DNA of 64,000 bases from Methanobacteriota archaeon (GTDB taxonomy: Archaea; Thermoplasmatota; Poseidoniia; Poseidoniales; Poseidoniaceae), in assembly GCA_002722135.1 (NCBI GenBank), contig PBKJ01000027.1:6968-70967 (forward strand), in the 5' to 3' direction. Shown here piece by piece: positions 29,486 through 38,562 of this stretch. Positions within the stretch are counted from its first letter, which is position 1, and each line of letters begins with the position of its first letter. A model generated the notes under the pieces. The model did not search any database and was not told the origin of the DNA. It saw only the letters and a list, made by a program, of their open reading frames with translations. Made by a program: the position numbers and the translations under genes.

Positions 29486-30547
29486 TCACCGCTTCGAAAT
29501 TTGCAGGTTCCAAGCGGTTTCCCTCATGCGCTCGATGAGATCGTCCCTGGTCAAAACGAACCGCTCAGTCCGATCCGCGCCGAGGATGCATTCGGAAGCG
29601 GCGTTGGCAAGGAGGGCGGTGGCTTGTACGTCCAGTCCAGTGGCCACAGCCGCGGTGATGGCCACGGCGGCCGCATCGATGAGACCAATCATCTGCTTGA
29701 GTTCAGTCAGCGTGCAATCCACATGAGCGTCTTCGCCCTCACGGCTGTAAATCGTCACTCCAGTCGAGCCTTCAAGCACAAGGAGATGACCCCAGCCATG
29801 CTCGGCGAGGAGACCATGTGCGGCTTGAGCGGGGTTGTCTGCGCCGAGCCTTCGTCGCATCAATTCCAGGCCTTGCGATTGCATCACGACCCATTCTACG
29901 CCTTGGGTGCGATGGAAGCCGGTCAGCTTCGGATCTGCGATCACGGGTACGCCTGCTGCCTTGGCGCGTTCGATCAATCGAGCAGCACCTTCGTCGGTCA
30001 CCACGCCCTGTCCATAGTCAGAAAGAATGACAGCAGCGGCTCCGTCCACTTGTTCACACGCCAAGTCATACATCGCATCCAGTGCCCCGGATGGCATGGG
30101 TTCATCGGCTTCAATGTCCCACCTGAGCATCAATTGTTCATCGCGAACGAGGTTCTGGCGGGTGGCCAACAACCTCGTCTTCACAGTGGTTGTTCGGCCT
30201 TCGACGATGCTGATGGTGTCGGTGTTGACGCCTTCTTCGCTGAGGTATTCCAGGACGCTCACGCCTGCCCCGTCGTCTCCGACCACGCCGAAGAGGCACG
30301 GATTCAGTCCCAAGGACACCAAGCCGCGGGCCACGTGCGCCGCTGCTCCAACGGCCTCCTCTCGACGTGTTTCCTTGAGCACAGGGACCGGAGCTCTGGT
30401 GTTCAGGTTGTCAGCGAATCCGTGAATGTAGCGATCCATCATGATGTCGCCTACGAGAACGACGTTCGTGGACGGCAAGTTGGCGAGGGTCGCAATGATG
30501 CCGGTCAAACGGTCATGAGCATCCATTTCCGAATCCGTCATTCCCAT
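29486..30547 (-). CDS. PfkB-family RfaE/HldE kinase-domain homologue with degenerate ATP motifs
   Basis: VGDIMMDRY, APVPV, TTVKTR, LSDYGQGV, ADPK; GAGD is replaced by GLID. Confidence 0.8.
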   Translation of the reverse strand: MGMTDSEMDAHDRLTGIIATLANLPSTNVVLVGDIMMDRYIHGFADNLNTRAPVPVLKETRREEAVGAAAHVARGLVSLGLNPCLFGVVGDDGAGVSVLEYLSEEGVNTDTISIVEGRTTTVKTRLLATRQNLVRDEQLMLRWDIEADEPMPSGALDAMYDLACEQVDGAAAVILSDYGQGVVTDEGAARLIERAKAAGVPVIADPKLTGFHRTQGVEWVVMQSQGLELMRRRLGADNPAQAAHGLLAEHGWGHLLVLEGSTGVTIYSREGEDAHVDCTLTELKQMIGLIDAAAVAITAAVATGLDVQATALLANAASECILGADRTERFVLTRDDLIERMRETAWNLQISKR

Positions 30548-30568
30548 AGTGAACGTCCTGCGCCCACA

Positions 30569-31258
30569 TCATTTCATCATGTCGTGGAGGACCGTTGCCA
30601 CGTGGGCGTTCAAGGATGCCCCAAACGGTCCGAGTTCTGTGCGTAAGGTGGTGAGCAAGGCCTCTTCGTCGTCCGTGATCACGCCGTCAGTGAGGGCCAT
30701 TTCCAGGCACGACAGAAACACGGCTTCGGCGCCGTCGAGCGTTGCCGTGTCCGGCGAGGTGATGTTCTGGCTTTGTTCGGTGATCATATGGAGGTCACCC
30801 GGCGAACAACCGAGCAAACGCGCTGCGAGTTTGAGGGGAAACGCGTTCGTCTCCTTCCCTTCCTGCAGATGTTCTCGAGTAGTGGACGTGTGGAGGTCCC
30901 CAATTCGACCCGCATCAACCAGGTCCAGCACCTTCTCTGGACCATTCATCGTGTTCATGGTGGTGTTTTGGAGTGCCACACGGAGGCGCTTGATTTCCTC
31001 CTGACCCGTCGCAGAGACCACGTACACACGGAGGCGTTGGCGATGGCCATCGACGCGTTTGAGCTCAAGCGCAATCCACCCTTCTTCCACCAAACGGCGA
31101 AGGGCGCGTGGAACGTGCTTCCGCTGAATGCCGATGGCGGTTGAAATGCCCACTTGGGTTTGATGTTCGGGCGAAGAACCGCGACCTGCAGGGTCCACAT
31201 GGTGGAGGTGCAAGAGCAACCGCTGGAGCACTGGAAGGCCTTCGACGGTCTCTCCCAT
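30569..31258 (-). CDS. Winged-HTH protein with C-terminal TerB-like motif
   Basis: TQVGISTAIGIQRKHVPRALRRLVEEG..RVYVVSATG; ALTDGVITDDEEALL. Confidence 0.7.
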   Translation of the reverse strand: MGETVEGLPVLQRLLLHLHHVDPAGRGSSPEHQTQVGISTAIGIQRKHVPRALRRLVEEGWIALELKRVDGHRQRLRVYVVSATGQEEIKRLRVALQNTTMNTMNGPEKVLDLVDAGRIGDLHTSTTREHLQEGKETNAFPLKLAARLLGCSPGDLHMITEQSQNITSPDTATLDGAEAVFLSCLEMALTDGVITDDEEALLTTLRTELGPFGASLNAHVATVLHDMMK

Positions 31259-31331
31259 GGTCGCATGGCTCCTTGCTGGCATAGGAATCTTCCTCCGTTT
31301 CGTCTATGTGGGTGGGCCGTCAGGCGTGGAC

Positions 31332-32438
31332 ATGGCGGGTCGTGACCTTCGACCACGCCCCCGTCCACAGCGCCCGCTCGGACATCGCCCCGAGGGTCCA
31401 CGTGACCGTTGGGCTCCTCCTGTGCCGCACCAAGGAGGCTGGGCTGTCCCCGCGAAACTCGGCCAGCGCTTGTACGAAAAGAGCAAGTTGGGCCGGCTCG
31501 ACGGCGATGGCAACCTCGTCCTGTCATCAGAAGAGGTGCTGTTTTGCCATTGGAACCGCCACGTTTCCCTACCATCGGAGGCGTGGCTCGAAGAGGAACT
31601 GGAGGGTGATCCGAACCTCCTCCAACGTGCTGTCATTCTTGACGTGGCTCGCTCCGGGGGGGAAATCCTCGTCATCAATGACGCTGACACGCCTCGCTGG
31701 GGCCTGCGGTGGTCCCGTCATGCAAAGCCACCTGCCCCTGCCGAAGCCGTGGCAGATTGGTCCACGGCTGCAGCAAACGTCGATTGGTCGACCCTCCTTT
31801 CGGACGCTCATCTTGACGATGCTGAAGGTCGCCTCAGTGAATGGTACATCATCGATGAGGAGTTTGATGTCACCATGTATCACGTTCACCCGGTGGCCTT
31901 CTCTGGTGCCCTCACTCCCTGGTCGCAGCTTGAGGAACAACAACGCGATGGCCTCCGCCATGCTTGGTCGGTCAAAGTCCCATGCGGAGATGGATACCGG
32001 CTCCCAATGATCGATGGCTCTTGGCCCTGGACTCAAGTGGGAACCACCCATGCCTCTGCCCGACAGCTCAACGCCGAGGAATCCGCGATCATGGCTCATT
32101 TGGTCGAGGGAACTGCCCTCACGCCAATTTCTGCAAAGGCCCAACGCCTCATGGACGCGGGTGTGATGCTTCGACCCGGCTTCAAGTACGGCTGTCGATG
32201 GCGTGCTTACGACAACGAGATTGATGTTGCTCATGCTCCATGGTTGGTCCAAACCGAAGACCAGCGGCCCGATCGATGGCAAGAGGTCTGCCTCGCCGTT
32301 CGGCTTGCCGAGGGCGTCAACAAAATCTGGGTGACGGAGGTCAACGGTCAATGGTTGGCGGTCCGTCGTGCACTCCCCGGTCGACCTGCCCAGCCTCGTC
32401 ATGAGCGTCGAGCGGACGGCCCCACGGATCCATCCTGA
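31332..32438 (+). CDS. endA: tRNA-intron endonuclease
   Basis: RPGFKYG.RWRAY, HAPWLV, VRLAEGVNK (Tyr/His/Lys triad); length fits a two-unit alpha2-type subunit. Confidence 0.8.
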   Translation: MAGRDLRPRPRPQRPLGHRPEGPRDRWAPPVPHQGGWAVPAKLGQRLYEKSKLGRLDGDGNLVLSSEEVLFCHWNRHVSLPSEAWLEEELEGDPNLLQRAVILDVARSGGEILVINDADTPRWGLRWSRHAKPPAPAEAVADWSTAAANVDWSTLLSDAHLDDAEGRLSEWYIIDEEFDVTMYHVHPVAFSGALTPWSQLEEQQRDGLRHAWSVKVPCGDGYRLPMIDGSWPWTQVGTTHASARQLNAEESAIMAHLVEGTALTPISAKAQRLMDAGVMLRPGFKYGCRWRAYDNEIDVAHAPWLVQTEDQRPDRWQEVCLAVRLAEGVNKIWVTEVNGQWLAVRRALPGRPAQPRHERRADGPTDPS

Positions 32439-34491
32439 TGTCGGACGTTGGCGTCTGGTCCACGGCAGCTGGAGACGCAGTGGTCTTCACGCCCATGTTT
32501 CGCGGCCAAAGCAGGGACAATCCGACCAGCATGAAACACAAACCGAGCGCGATTTCAGGCTGGCGTATCTGGTCCAAGCCGCTGATCTCATCTTCAGCCG
32601 TAAGCGTCACTGGAATGACGGTACGGCCGCCATCGAGATCGACCAGATGGACCTCACCACGCACCAGCATTCCATCCTCGAGCAAGCCCGAAGGGTCGAT
32701 GTCGAGGGCCAGGGTGACGAGATCTTGGTCCAGCGTGACACGCTTTGGTGCATCTGCCACGCGGGACAGTGGACCTTCGATGAGGACGGTATACGTGGAA
32801 GATCCGTGCCCGCTGCTCAGAAGGTCGATCAACACGGTGTCTATGTCGTTGACGGCGATTGAAGCCTCGTGTGTACCTCCTTCAGGTCTTCGATTGAGCA
32901 CCGTCACAGGAATGTCAAGGTCCATGTCGGTGCCACCGCACGTCAACGTCCCGGACAATCGATCGACGACGTCACCGGTCAACGCCGATTGCGGTTCCAA
33001 TTCAACGCGATGTTCACCTTCAACAAGCAAGGTCGAAGGGAAGGTGACCATGCCACCCAGATCCATTCGAAGCGAGCCTTGCAGCGTGCACGGTGCATCC
33101 ATGTTGTTGAGGGTGATAAACAGCCCCTCGTTCGCAGTGATGCGAAGCCCGTAAGCGGGCACATCGAGCGAGAGGCCCTGCCCACAATTGGGGGCGCTGA
33201 ATGCAACGGCCGTACCGTTCCCGTCCGTTCCTTGCACAATTTCTGCCGTCCACGGGACCTTGAGGCCTCGATGGTCGCGAATCACCACGCCTTCCGCTCC
33301 GAAGGTGTCACCGAGTTGGAACGCGTCTCCAGCACTCCCGTCGTCTTGCCCGTTCAGCAAACCGTCATCACCGTCGGCTTCGATGACCTTGAGCCAAGGT
33401 CGTCCCGGGTCCACATTGACTTCGTTTTCTTCCGGGTCTCCAGCAGCTTCGTCGAGCAAGGTGACGAGGACCCCTTGCCCTGGTAACCTGTCGTCGTAGG
33501 TGTTGCCACCTTTGAGTTCGATGAACACCCGTTGTTCTTTGGTGAGGTCAATTCGAAGCGCGTTGCCACCTTCGTGCCGGGGTGAAAGATCCAGCGTCGG
33601 CCCCAGGCATGCTCCCTCGCGTTGGACGGGGAAATCGAGGTCAACGTTCACGCTGGTGTCGAGGCCAATGCGTTCCATGGAAGCGGCCGTTGGCAAGGCG
33701 GGCCAGACGCCCGCACCGTTCCAGTTTCCTGACGCCATGATGTCCCAATCGCCGACGCCTTGCCACGTGCCGGACCAAGCCGGGTCATGAACAGGATACA
33801 GATCGATGGCACCGAGCTGATGGAGCATCTCATGCAGGATGGTACCTGTGGCTCCTGTTCCGCCTCGAAGGGTGGCCATGGCATAATGTGCAACCTCCAA
33901 ACCAGATGCGACGCTGACAGGTTCCATCAGGTGAGTGAAATGGGACCAGATGCGGTCCGAACCACCCGCGCCGCTCTCTTGGCCACGGCTGGTGTGAAGC
34001 ACGAGCAGGCGATCGACGGTGCCGTCATCGTCCAAATCATGCGCATGCCAATCCACATCGTCCTCGATTGCGGAGATGACTTCATCGACCAACAGACTTG
34101 GCATGAACGTGCCATCAGCTGCAAAGTCCCTGCCTGCGGCGCTGTCTGCTCCATAGAGCGTTGAAGGAGACGCTGCACGAATGACCACGGGGACGACCGT
34201 GAAATTCACGCTGTCGTCCCCGGCCATGAGGCTGAGGTAATCTGTGATCTCGCCTTCCACCAGCGTGGACGCTTGCTCAACTCCTAGGCCTGTTGACTGG
34301 GTTGTGGCGTCATCGAAATCAACGACCACCACCAACCAATGTTCCTTGCCTTGCTGCCACGACAGGACGGCCTCTTCCTCACCACTTTGTGGCTCTGGGG
34401 TCCAGCGGTTGAACCAGCCGTCGCTCTGCGTCAGCGCTGCTCCGCCCCCCAATAGGACGAGCGCGACGAGGACCGTCAGCATCCGTTGCAC
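32341..34491 (-). CDS. M6 family (immune inhibitor A-like) metalloprotease, membrane anchored
   Basis: IWSH, HEMLHQLGAIDLY, GDWDIMASGNWNG; signal peptide and C-terminal TM. Confidence 0.85.
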   Translation of the reverse strand: MQRMLTVLVALVLLGGGAALTQSDGWFNRWTPEPQSGEEEAVLSWQQGKEHWLVVVVDFDDATTQSTGLGVEQASTLVEGEITDYLSLMAGDDSVNFTVVPVVIRAASPSTLYGADSAAGRDFAADGTFMPSLLVDEVISAIEDDVDWHAHDLDDDGTVDRLLVLHTSRGQESGAGGSDRIWSHFTHLMEPVSVASGLEVAHYAMATLRGGTGATGTILHEMLHQLGAIDLYPVHDPAWSGTWQGVGDWDIMASGNWNGAGVWPALPTAASMERIGLDTSVNVDLDFPVQREGACLGPTLDLSPRHEGGNALRIDLTKEQRVFIELKGGNTYDDRLPGQGVLVTLLDEAAGDPEENEVNVDPGRPWLKVIEADGDDGLLNGQDDGSAGDAFQLGDTFGAEGVVIRDHRGLKVPWTAEIVQGTDGNGTAVAFSAPNCGQGLSLDVPAYGLRITANEGLFITLNNMDAPCTLQGSLRMDLGGMVTFPSTLLVEGEHRVELEPQSALTGDVVDRLSGTLTCGGTDMDLDIPVTVLNRRPEGGTHEASIAVNDIDTVLIDLLSSGHGSSTYTVLIEGPLSRVADAPKRVTLDQDLVTLALDIDPSGLLEDGMLVRGEVHLVDLDGGRTVIPVTLTAEDEISGLDQIRQPEIALGLCFMLVGLSLLWPRNMGVKTTASPAAVDQTPTSDIRMDPWGRPLDAHDEAGQVDRGVHDGPPTIDR

Positions 34492-34527
34492 GGGTCAAGG
34501 TCCCTCGCATGAGGTTTCAATGCTCCT

Positions 34528-35763
34528 TCACCGCGGGTCACGCTGCAACCAAAGATGATCTGGATGCAAGGTTGCCGGTCGCGGGCCATCGACAATGTGC
34601 CGGTCAAGGCCTTCCACGCAGACCTTTGTTCGCTGACGAGCAGCAGATTCAGACCATGGATCGACCAACGCAGCCAACGCAAGATCACGTTGGGCGGTCA
34701 TCGAAGCCGGCTCGATGCTCGGCCTTCGATGTTCGATGGAGCGCAGGTCCAATCCACGCAAAGAGGCTCCAGTGGATTGGATGGCTTCCTTGAATTTCAG
34801 CGGCAGAGGCTCGGCCGAGCAACCCACAATGATCACATCCGAGGCTCGTCCATCTTGTATGCGTTCGAGCAAGGACGTTCGCTCCTGATAACGCACGCAC
34901 AAGCCTCGTGCAACGTGATGGCCGAGGTCGGCCTCCGGTGGATGTGTTGGTGTGCCAAATGCTCCTTCGCACGCACAATCCACGACGAGGAGCCGACGTC
35001 GTGCTCCTTCTCCATCGAGTACCGTTGGAAGGCCACGAGGTGGCATGGTCCGCCAAGGGAGGAGGGGCAGCTCCAGCACGATCGCACTCATGATGGCCAA
35101 CGGCCATCGGAGGTCGTGCGTCGTGGTCCATGTTGAGGTCACGATCAACAGCACGACGGGCAGCGACACGCGCCAGCGCCATGCAACGACCCTCTCTTGG
35201 TCTAAACGACCGAGGAGACCCGCCCCGAAACCTGCTCCGGCGGTCGCTCCCAACAAGGCCAGAATCCACATGATGGCAAGGGTCAATTCGACCAATGTGA
35301 CGGAATCCAGGGCGAGCACGAGGCCTGTCGCGTCAACCGTGACCATCGCGCGTTCGTACAGCCATGGCGCTCCACTCCAGCCGAACCACAAGGCAATGCA
35401 TACGCCGAGCGTCGATGTGGCCACCATCCCGTTACGCAGCCGTTTTCGTTCCATGGGCAGAAGGCCCGGTGAGGCGAAGGTCACCGATTGATGCACCACG
35501 ATCGGGATGCTCAGCACGGCTGCACACACAATCGCCATGGTCCATCGTAGACCAATCCACGCTCCGGGTTCAAAGACGACCATGCAATCCTTGCATGGCG
35601 AGAGTTCACCGAGCCACCACATCAACAACGCATCTGTTCGAAGGGAAAGGGCCGCTGTGAAGCCAACGATGACGATCAAAACGAGGGCGACCCGAGCGGA
35701 GAATTCCTCCAAATGACCGATGATGCTGACATCGCGGTCGGATTCGAGCCGAAGGTCGGCCAC
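34528..35763 (-). CDS. tatC: Divergent TatC fused to a C-terminal Cys-containing domain
   Basis: SIIGHLEEF.ARV, P.VVHQ..TFASPGLLPMERK, TM array; C-terminal DCACEG..LC..IIVGCS. Confidence 0.7.
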   Translation of the reverse strand: MADLRLESDRDVSIIGHLEEFSARVALVLIVIVGFTAALSLRTDALLMWWLGELSPCKDCMVVFEPGAWIGLRWTMAIVCAAVLSIPIVVHQSVTFASPGLLPMERKRLRNGMVATSTLGVCIALWFGWSGAPWLYERAMVTVDATGLVLALDSVTLVELTLAIMWILALLGATAGAGFGAGLLGRLDQERVVAWRWRVSLPVVLLIVTSTWTTTHDLRWPLAIMSAIVLELPLLPWRTMPPRGLPTVLDGEGARRRLLVVDCACEGAFGTPTHPPEADLGHHVARGLCVRYQERTSLLERIQDGRASDVIIVGCSAEPLPLKFKEAIQSTGASLRGLDLRSIEHRRPSIEPASMTAQRDLALAALVDPWSESAARQRTKVCVEGLDRHIVDGPRPATLHPDHLWLQRDPR

Positions 35764-35775
35764 CTGGCGTCACCT

Positions 35776-36733
35776 TCAGACGAGGTCCTTGCTGACAGGG
35801 TCGGCACGTGCTTGCACAATCGTCCTGTAGACGCCATACGCGGCCCAGAGGGTCAGCATCCCGAGCAGGAGCGCGTAGCCCCACGGTTGGTTGCTGTCGA
35901 CCGCCCATGCGAATCCAAGTCCAAGGCCTGCCGCGAGGAGGCCTCGGCGGATGCCTTGTGGGACGGCCAAACGGCGGTCAAGATGCTTCGGACCACCGCC
36001 GAAACGGCGCTCGTAGAATTCACCTTGAACGACAGCACCAACGATGAAGATGGAAAGGGTGGCCCAATAGTACACGTTGCCGTTTTCAAAGAAGGATTCC
36101 GCGAGTTTCGCTTGTTCCGCAGCTTCGATGGCCTCAGGGTCTTCTTCAGCCACGAAGAGGCTCTCGTAGTCACCGACACTGATGGTTCGGAGGTCACGAT
36201 CGTTGACATCATCGTCGACGGTTGAGCCCGGCTCGCTGATCATGAAGGACAAGACGTTCCAAGCATCGTTGGCATTTGGCTCCCCGTTCCCGTCGACGGC
36301 GTTGCCAACCAGCTGGAATCGGACCGGTCCGATGTCCTCGGCGGGCGCCGTCCACGTGATGGTCCAATCGTTCCCAACCGCACCTTGCGACACGGCTCCG
36401 GGTTCTTCAGCAACCTGGATGCTGCCCTCACCCGCGGTGAGGGTGCCTGCGCCGTAGTCCCAGAGCATGTATCCGCCCTCCCCGTACTCGGCGTGTCCAA
36501 GGCTGATGGTGAACGAATATTCTGCACCAACCGCGTAGGAGCGCGGCACCCCGGAGATGGAAACGACCACAGCGGTCGAAGGATCCCCGTCCCCGTGGCA
36601 GGTGCAACCGGACTCGACGGTGAGGCCGCCGCCGTTCTCCCAAGGTGGGCCGTTCGGGTTGGCCAGTGCGGGCATGGCCACGAGCATCGCGACCAGCAGA
36701 AGGACAAGGCCCCGATTGAACGCTCGACCCATC
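35776..36733 (-). CDS. Secreted Reeler-like (choice-of-anchor V-like) CxCH protein with three C-terminal TMs
   Basis: Signal peptide ..PALA/NPNGPP, GCTCHG, WTITWTAP, GNAVDGNG...D.W. Confidence 0.7.
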
Positions 36734-36806
36734 GTTGCACCCCTGTTTCGTCGTCGTGGCCCTCGACCTTTCAACGTTGCTTCAAGCATCGTCGCAGTGC
36801 AGCGAC

Positions 36807-38249
36807 TCAGGACTCCTTGATGGCGTTGTTCAACTCGGTCATCATTTTCTTCCCGTCGCCGAACAGCATCATGGTTTTGTCCATGTAAAACAGGTCGTTG
36901 TCGACTCCTGCGTAGCCCACAGACAAAGACCGCTTGACGATGACGATGGTGCGCGCCATGTCAACGTCCAAGATTGGCATGCCAGCCAGCGGCCCTTCGT
37001 CGGAGCGTGCGGCGGGGTTCGTGGTGTCGTTGGCACCGATGACCAAGGCCACGTCGGCTTCGGGGAATTCGGAGTTGATCTCGTCCATCTCGATGAGCTG
37101 TTCGTAGGGGACGTTGGCTTCGGCGAGCAGGACGTTCATGTGACCGGGCATTCGACCGGCGACCGGGTGGATGGCGTACTTGACCTCCGTGTCGTACTTC
37201 TCAGCGACAAGGTCAGCGAATTCCTTGACTTGATGCTGACACTGGGACACGGCCATGCCGTAGCCAGGGACGATGATGACCTTCTGGGCACCGTCGATCA
37301 TCATCGCCACTTCATCGGCATCCGAACCGACCTTCGTTCGCGTCACGGTTTCTTTGTCGGTTCCGCCAAAGGACGTGAAGAGGACGTTCGCGAGGGTGCG
37401 GTTCATCGCCTTGCACATGATGAAGGTCAGGATGAGGCCGCTGGCACCCACGAGCGAACCGGCGACGATGAGCACGCTGTTGCCGATGATGAACCCAGTG
37501 AACGCTGCTGCAATGCCTGAGAGGGAGTTCAGGAGGCTGACCACCACGGGCATGTCCGCACCGCCAATGGGCAACACGAGAACGATGCCAAGGAGGCAAG
37601 ACAAACCGATGACACCCCAAAGGTAGTTCGTGTTGGTCGGTTCTCCAAGTTGGAGGAAAATCAACGCAAACACACCGATGAGCATGAGCACCTTGACGCC
37701 GTTGAGCCAAGATGGCCCCCACGTGGGCGTGCGGATCCACTTTCCGAAGAGTTCGATGCCTCCCTTCAGTTTGTACATCGCCAAGATGCTCCCCGTCAAG
37801 GTCACCCAACCGACCAGCGCCGAGAGACCGGCGGCGAGGACCGTCACTTGCAGTTCAAGTCCGTCAGGGACGGTGCTTGCGTCATCCAGCCAGCGCCATG
37901 TCTCGGACAGCGCCACGAGCGCGGACGCTGCTCCGCCAAACCCGTTGAACAGCGCCACCATTTCCGGCATACCGGTCATTTCAACGCGCACGGCCATGAT
38001 GTATCCAATACCACCGCCGAGGAGGATGCCGCCGGCGATGAGCGCCCACTCGATCCCGGTGGTGAACCCCATCTGCAACACCGTCGTGAGGACAGCAACG
38101 AGCATCCCCATGGCGCCGTAGAGGTTCCCAGTGGGAGCCGTGCGCGGATGTCCGAGTTTCTTCAGGCCGAAAATAAACAGCGCAGCGGAGACCACGTACC
38201 CGAGGTTGATCCACGCTGCGGAGGACCCGAGGTCAATCCAAGGCTCCAT
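36807..38249 (-). CDS. pntB: NAD(P) transhydrogenase subunit beta
   Basis: MPEMVALFNGFGG, IGGADMPVVVSLLNS, PGYGMAV, HPVAGRMPGHMNVLLAEA. Confidence 0.96.
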   Translation of the reverse strand: MEPWIDLGSSAAWINLGYVVSAALFIFGLKKLGHPRTAPTGNLYGAMGMLVAVLTTVLQMGFTTGIEWALIAGGILLGGGIGYIMAVRVEMTGMPEMVALFNGFGGAASALVALSETWRWLDDASTVPDGLELQVTVLAAGLSALVGWVTLTGSILAMYKLKGGIELFGKWIRTPTWGPSWLNGVKVLMLIGVFALIFLQLGEPTNTNYLWGVIGLSCLLGIVLVLPIGGADMPVVVSLLNSLSGIAAAFTGFIIGNSVLIVAGSLVGASGLILTFIMCKAMNRTLANVLFTSFGGTDKETVTRTKVGSDADEVAMMIDGAQKVIIVPGYGMAVSQCQHQVKEFADLVAEKYDTEVKYAIHPVAGRMPGHMNVLLAEANVPYEQLIEMDEINSEFPEADVALVIGANDTTNPAARSDEGPLAGMPILDVDMARTIVIVKRSLSVGYAGVDNDLFYMDKTMMLFGDGKKMMTELNNAIKES

Positions 38250-38250
38250 T

Positions 38251-38562
38251 TCAGGCACCTCCTCGCTTCTTTCCAGCAATCATGCTCAGCATCCTGTTGG
38301 TGACCGCGAAGCCACCAACGACGTTGATCATCGCAAGGGTGAGCGCCACAAAGGCAAGAAGACCCGACACCGCCGTGTTTCCGCCGTCGAACGCGACGTT
38401 TGCCCCGATGAGGGCGCCGACGATGCTGATGCCAGAGATGGCGTTCGCGCCGGACATCAGCGGTGTGTGCAAGGTGGCAGGCACCTTGGTGATGAGCTCA
38501 AACCCAAGGAAAATCGAGAGGACAAACAAGGTGATGCTGGCAATGAGGGTTTCAGGCGTCAT
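38251..38562 (-). CDS. pntAB: NAD(P) transhydrogenase subunit alpha part 2
   Basis: LHTPLMSGANAISG, NVVGGFAVTNRML. Confidence 0.94.
   Translation of the reverse strand: MTPETLIASITLFVLSIFLGFELITKVPATLHTPLMSGANAISGISIVGALIGANVAFDGGNTAVSGLLAFVALTLAMINVVGGFAVTNRMLSMIAGKKRGGA

Noticed and set aside
29309..30646. 445-aa plus-strand ORF
   Set aside because: Antisense to the archease and PfkB-like genes; no recognisable motifs.
32341..32438. 98-nt convergent overlap of endA and the M6 protease (also 51 nt for dinB/valS) as antisense regulation
   Set aside because: Convergent 3' overlaps are frequent throughout this compact window and involve low-complexity tails.
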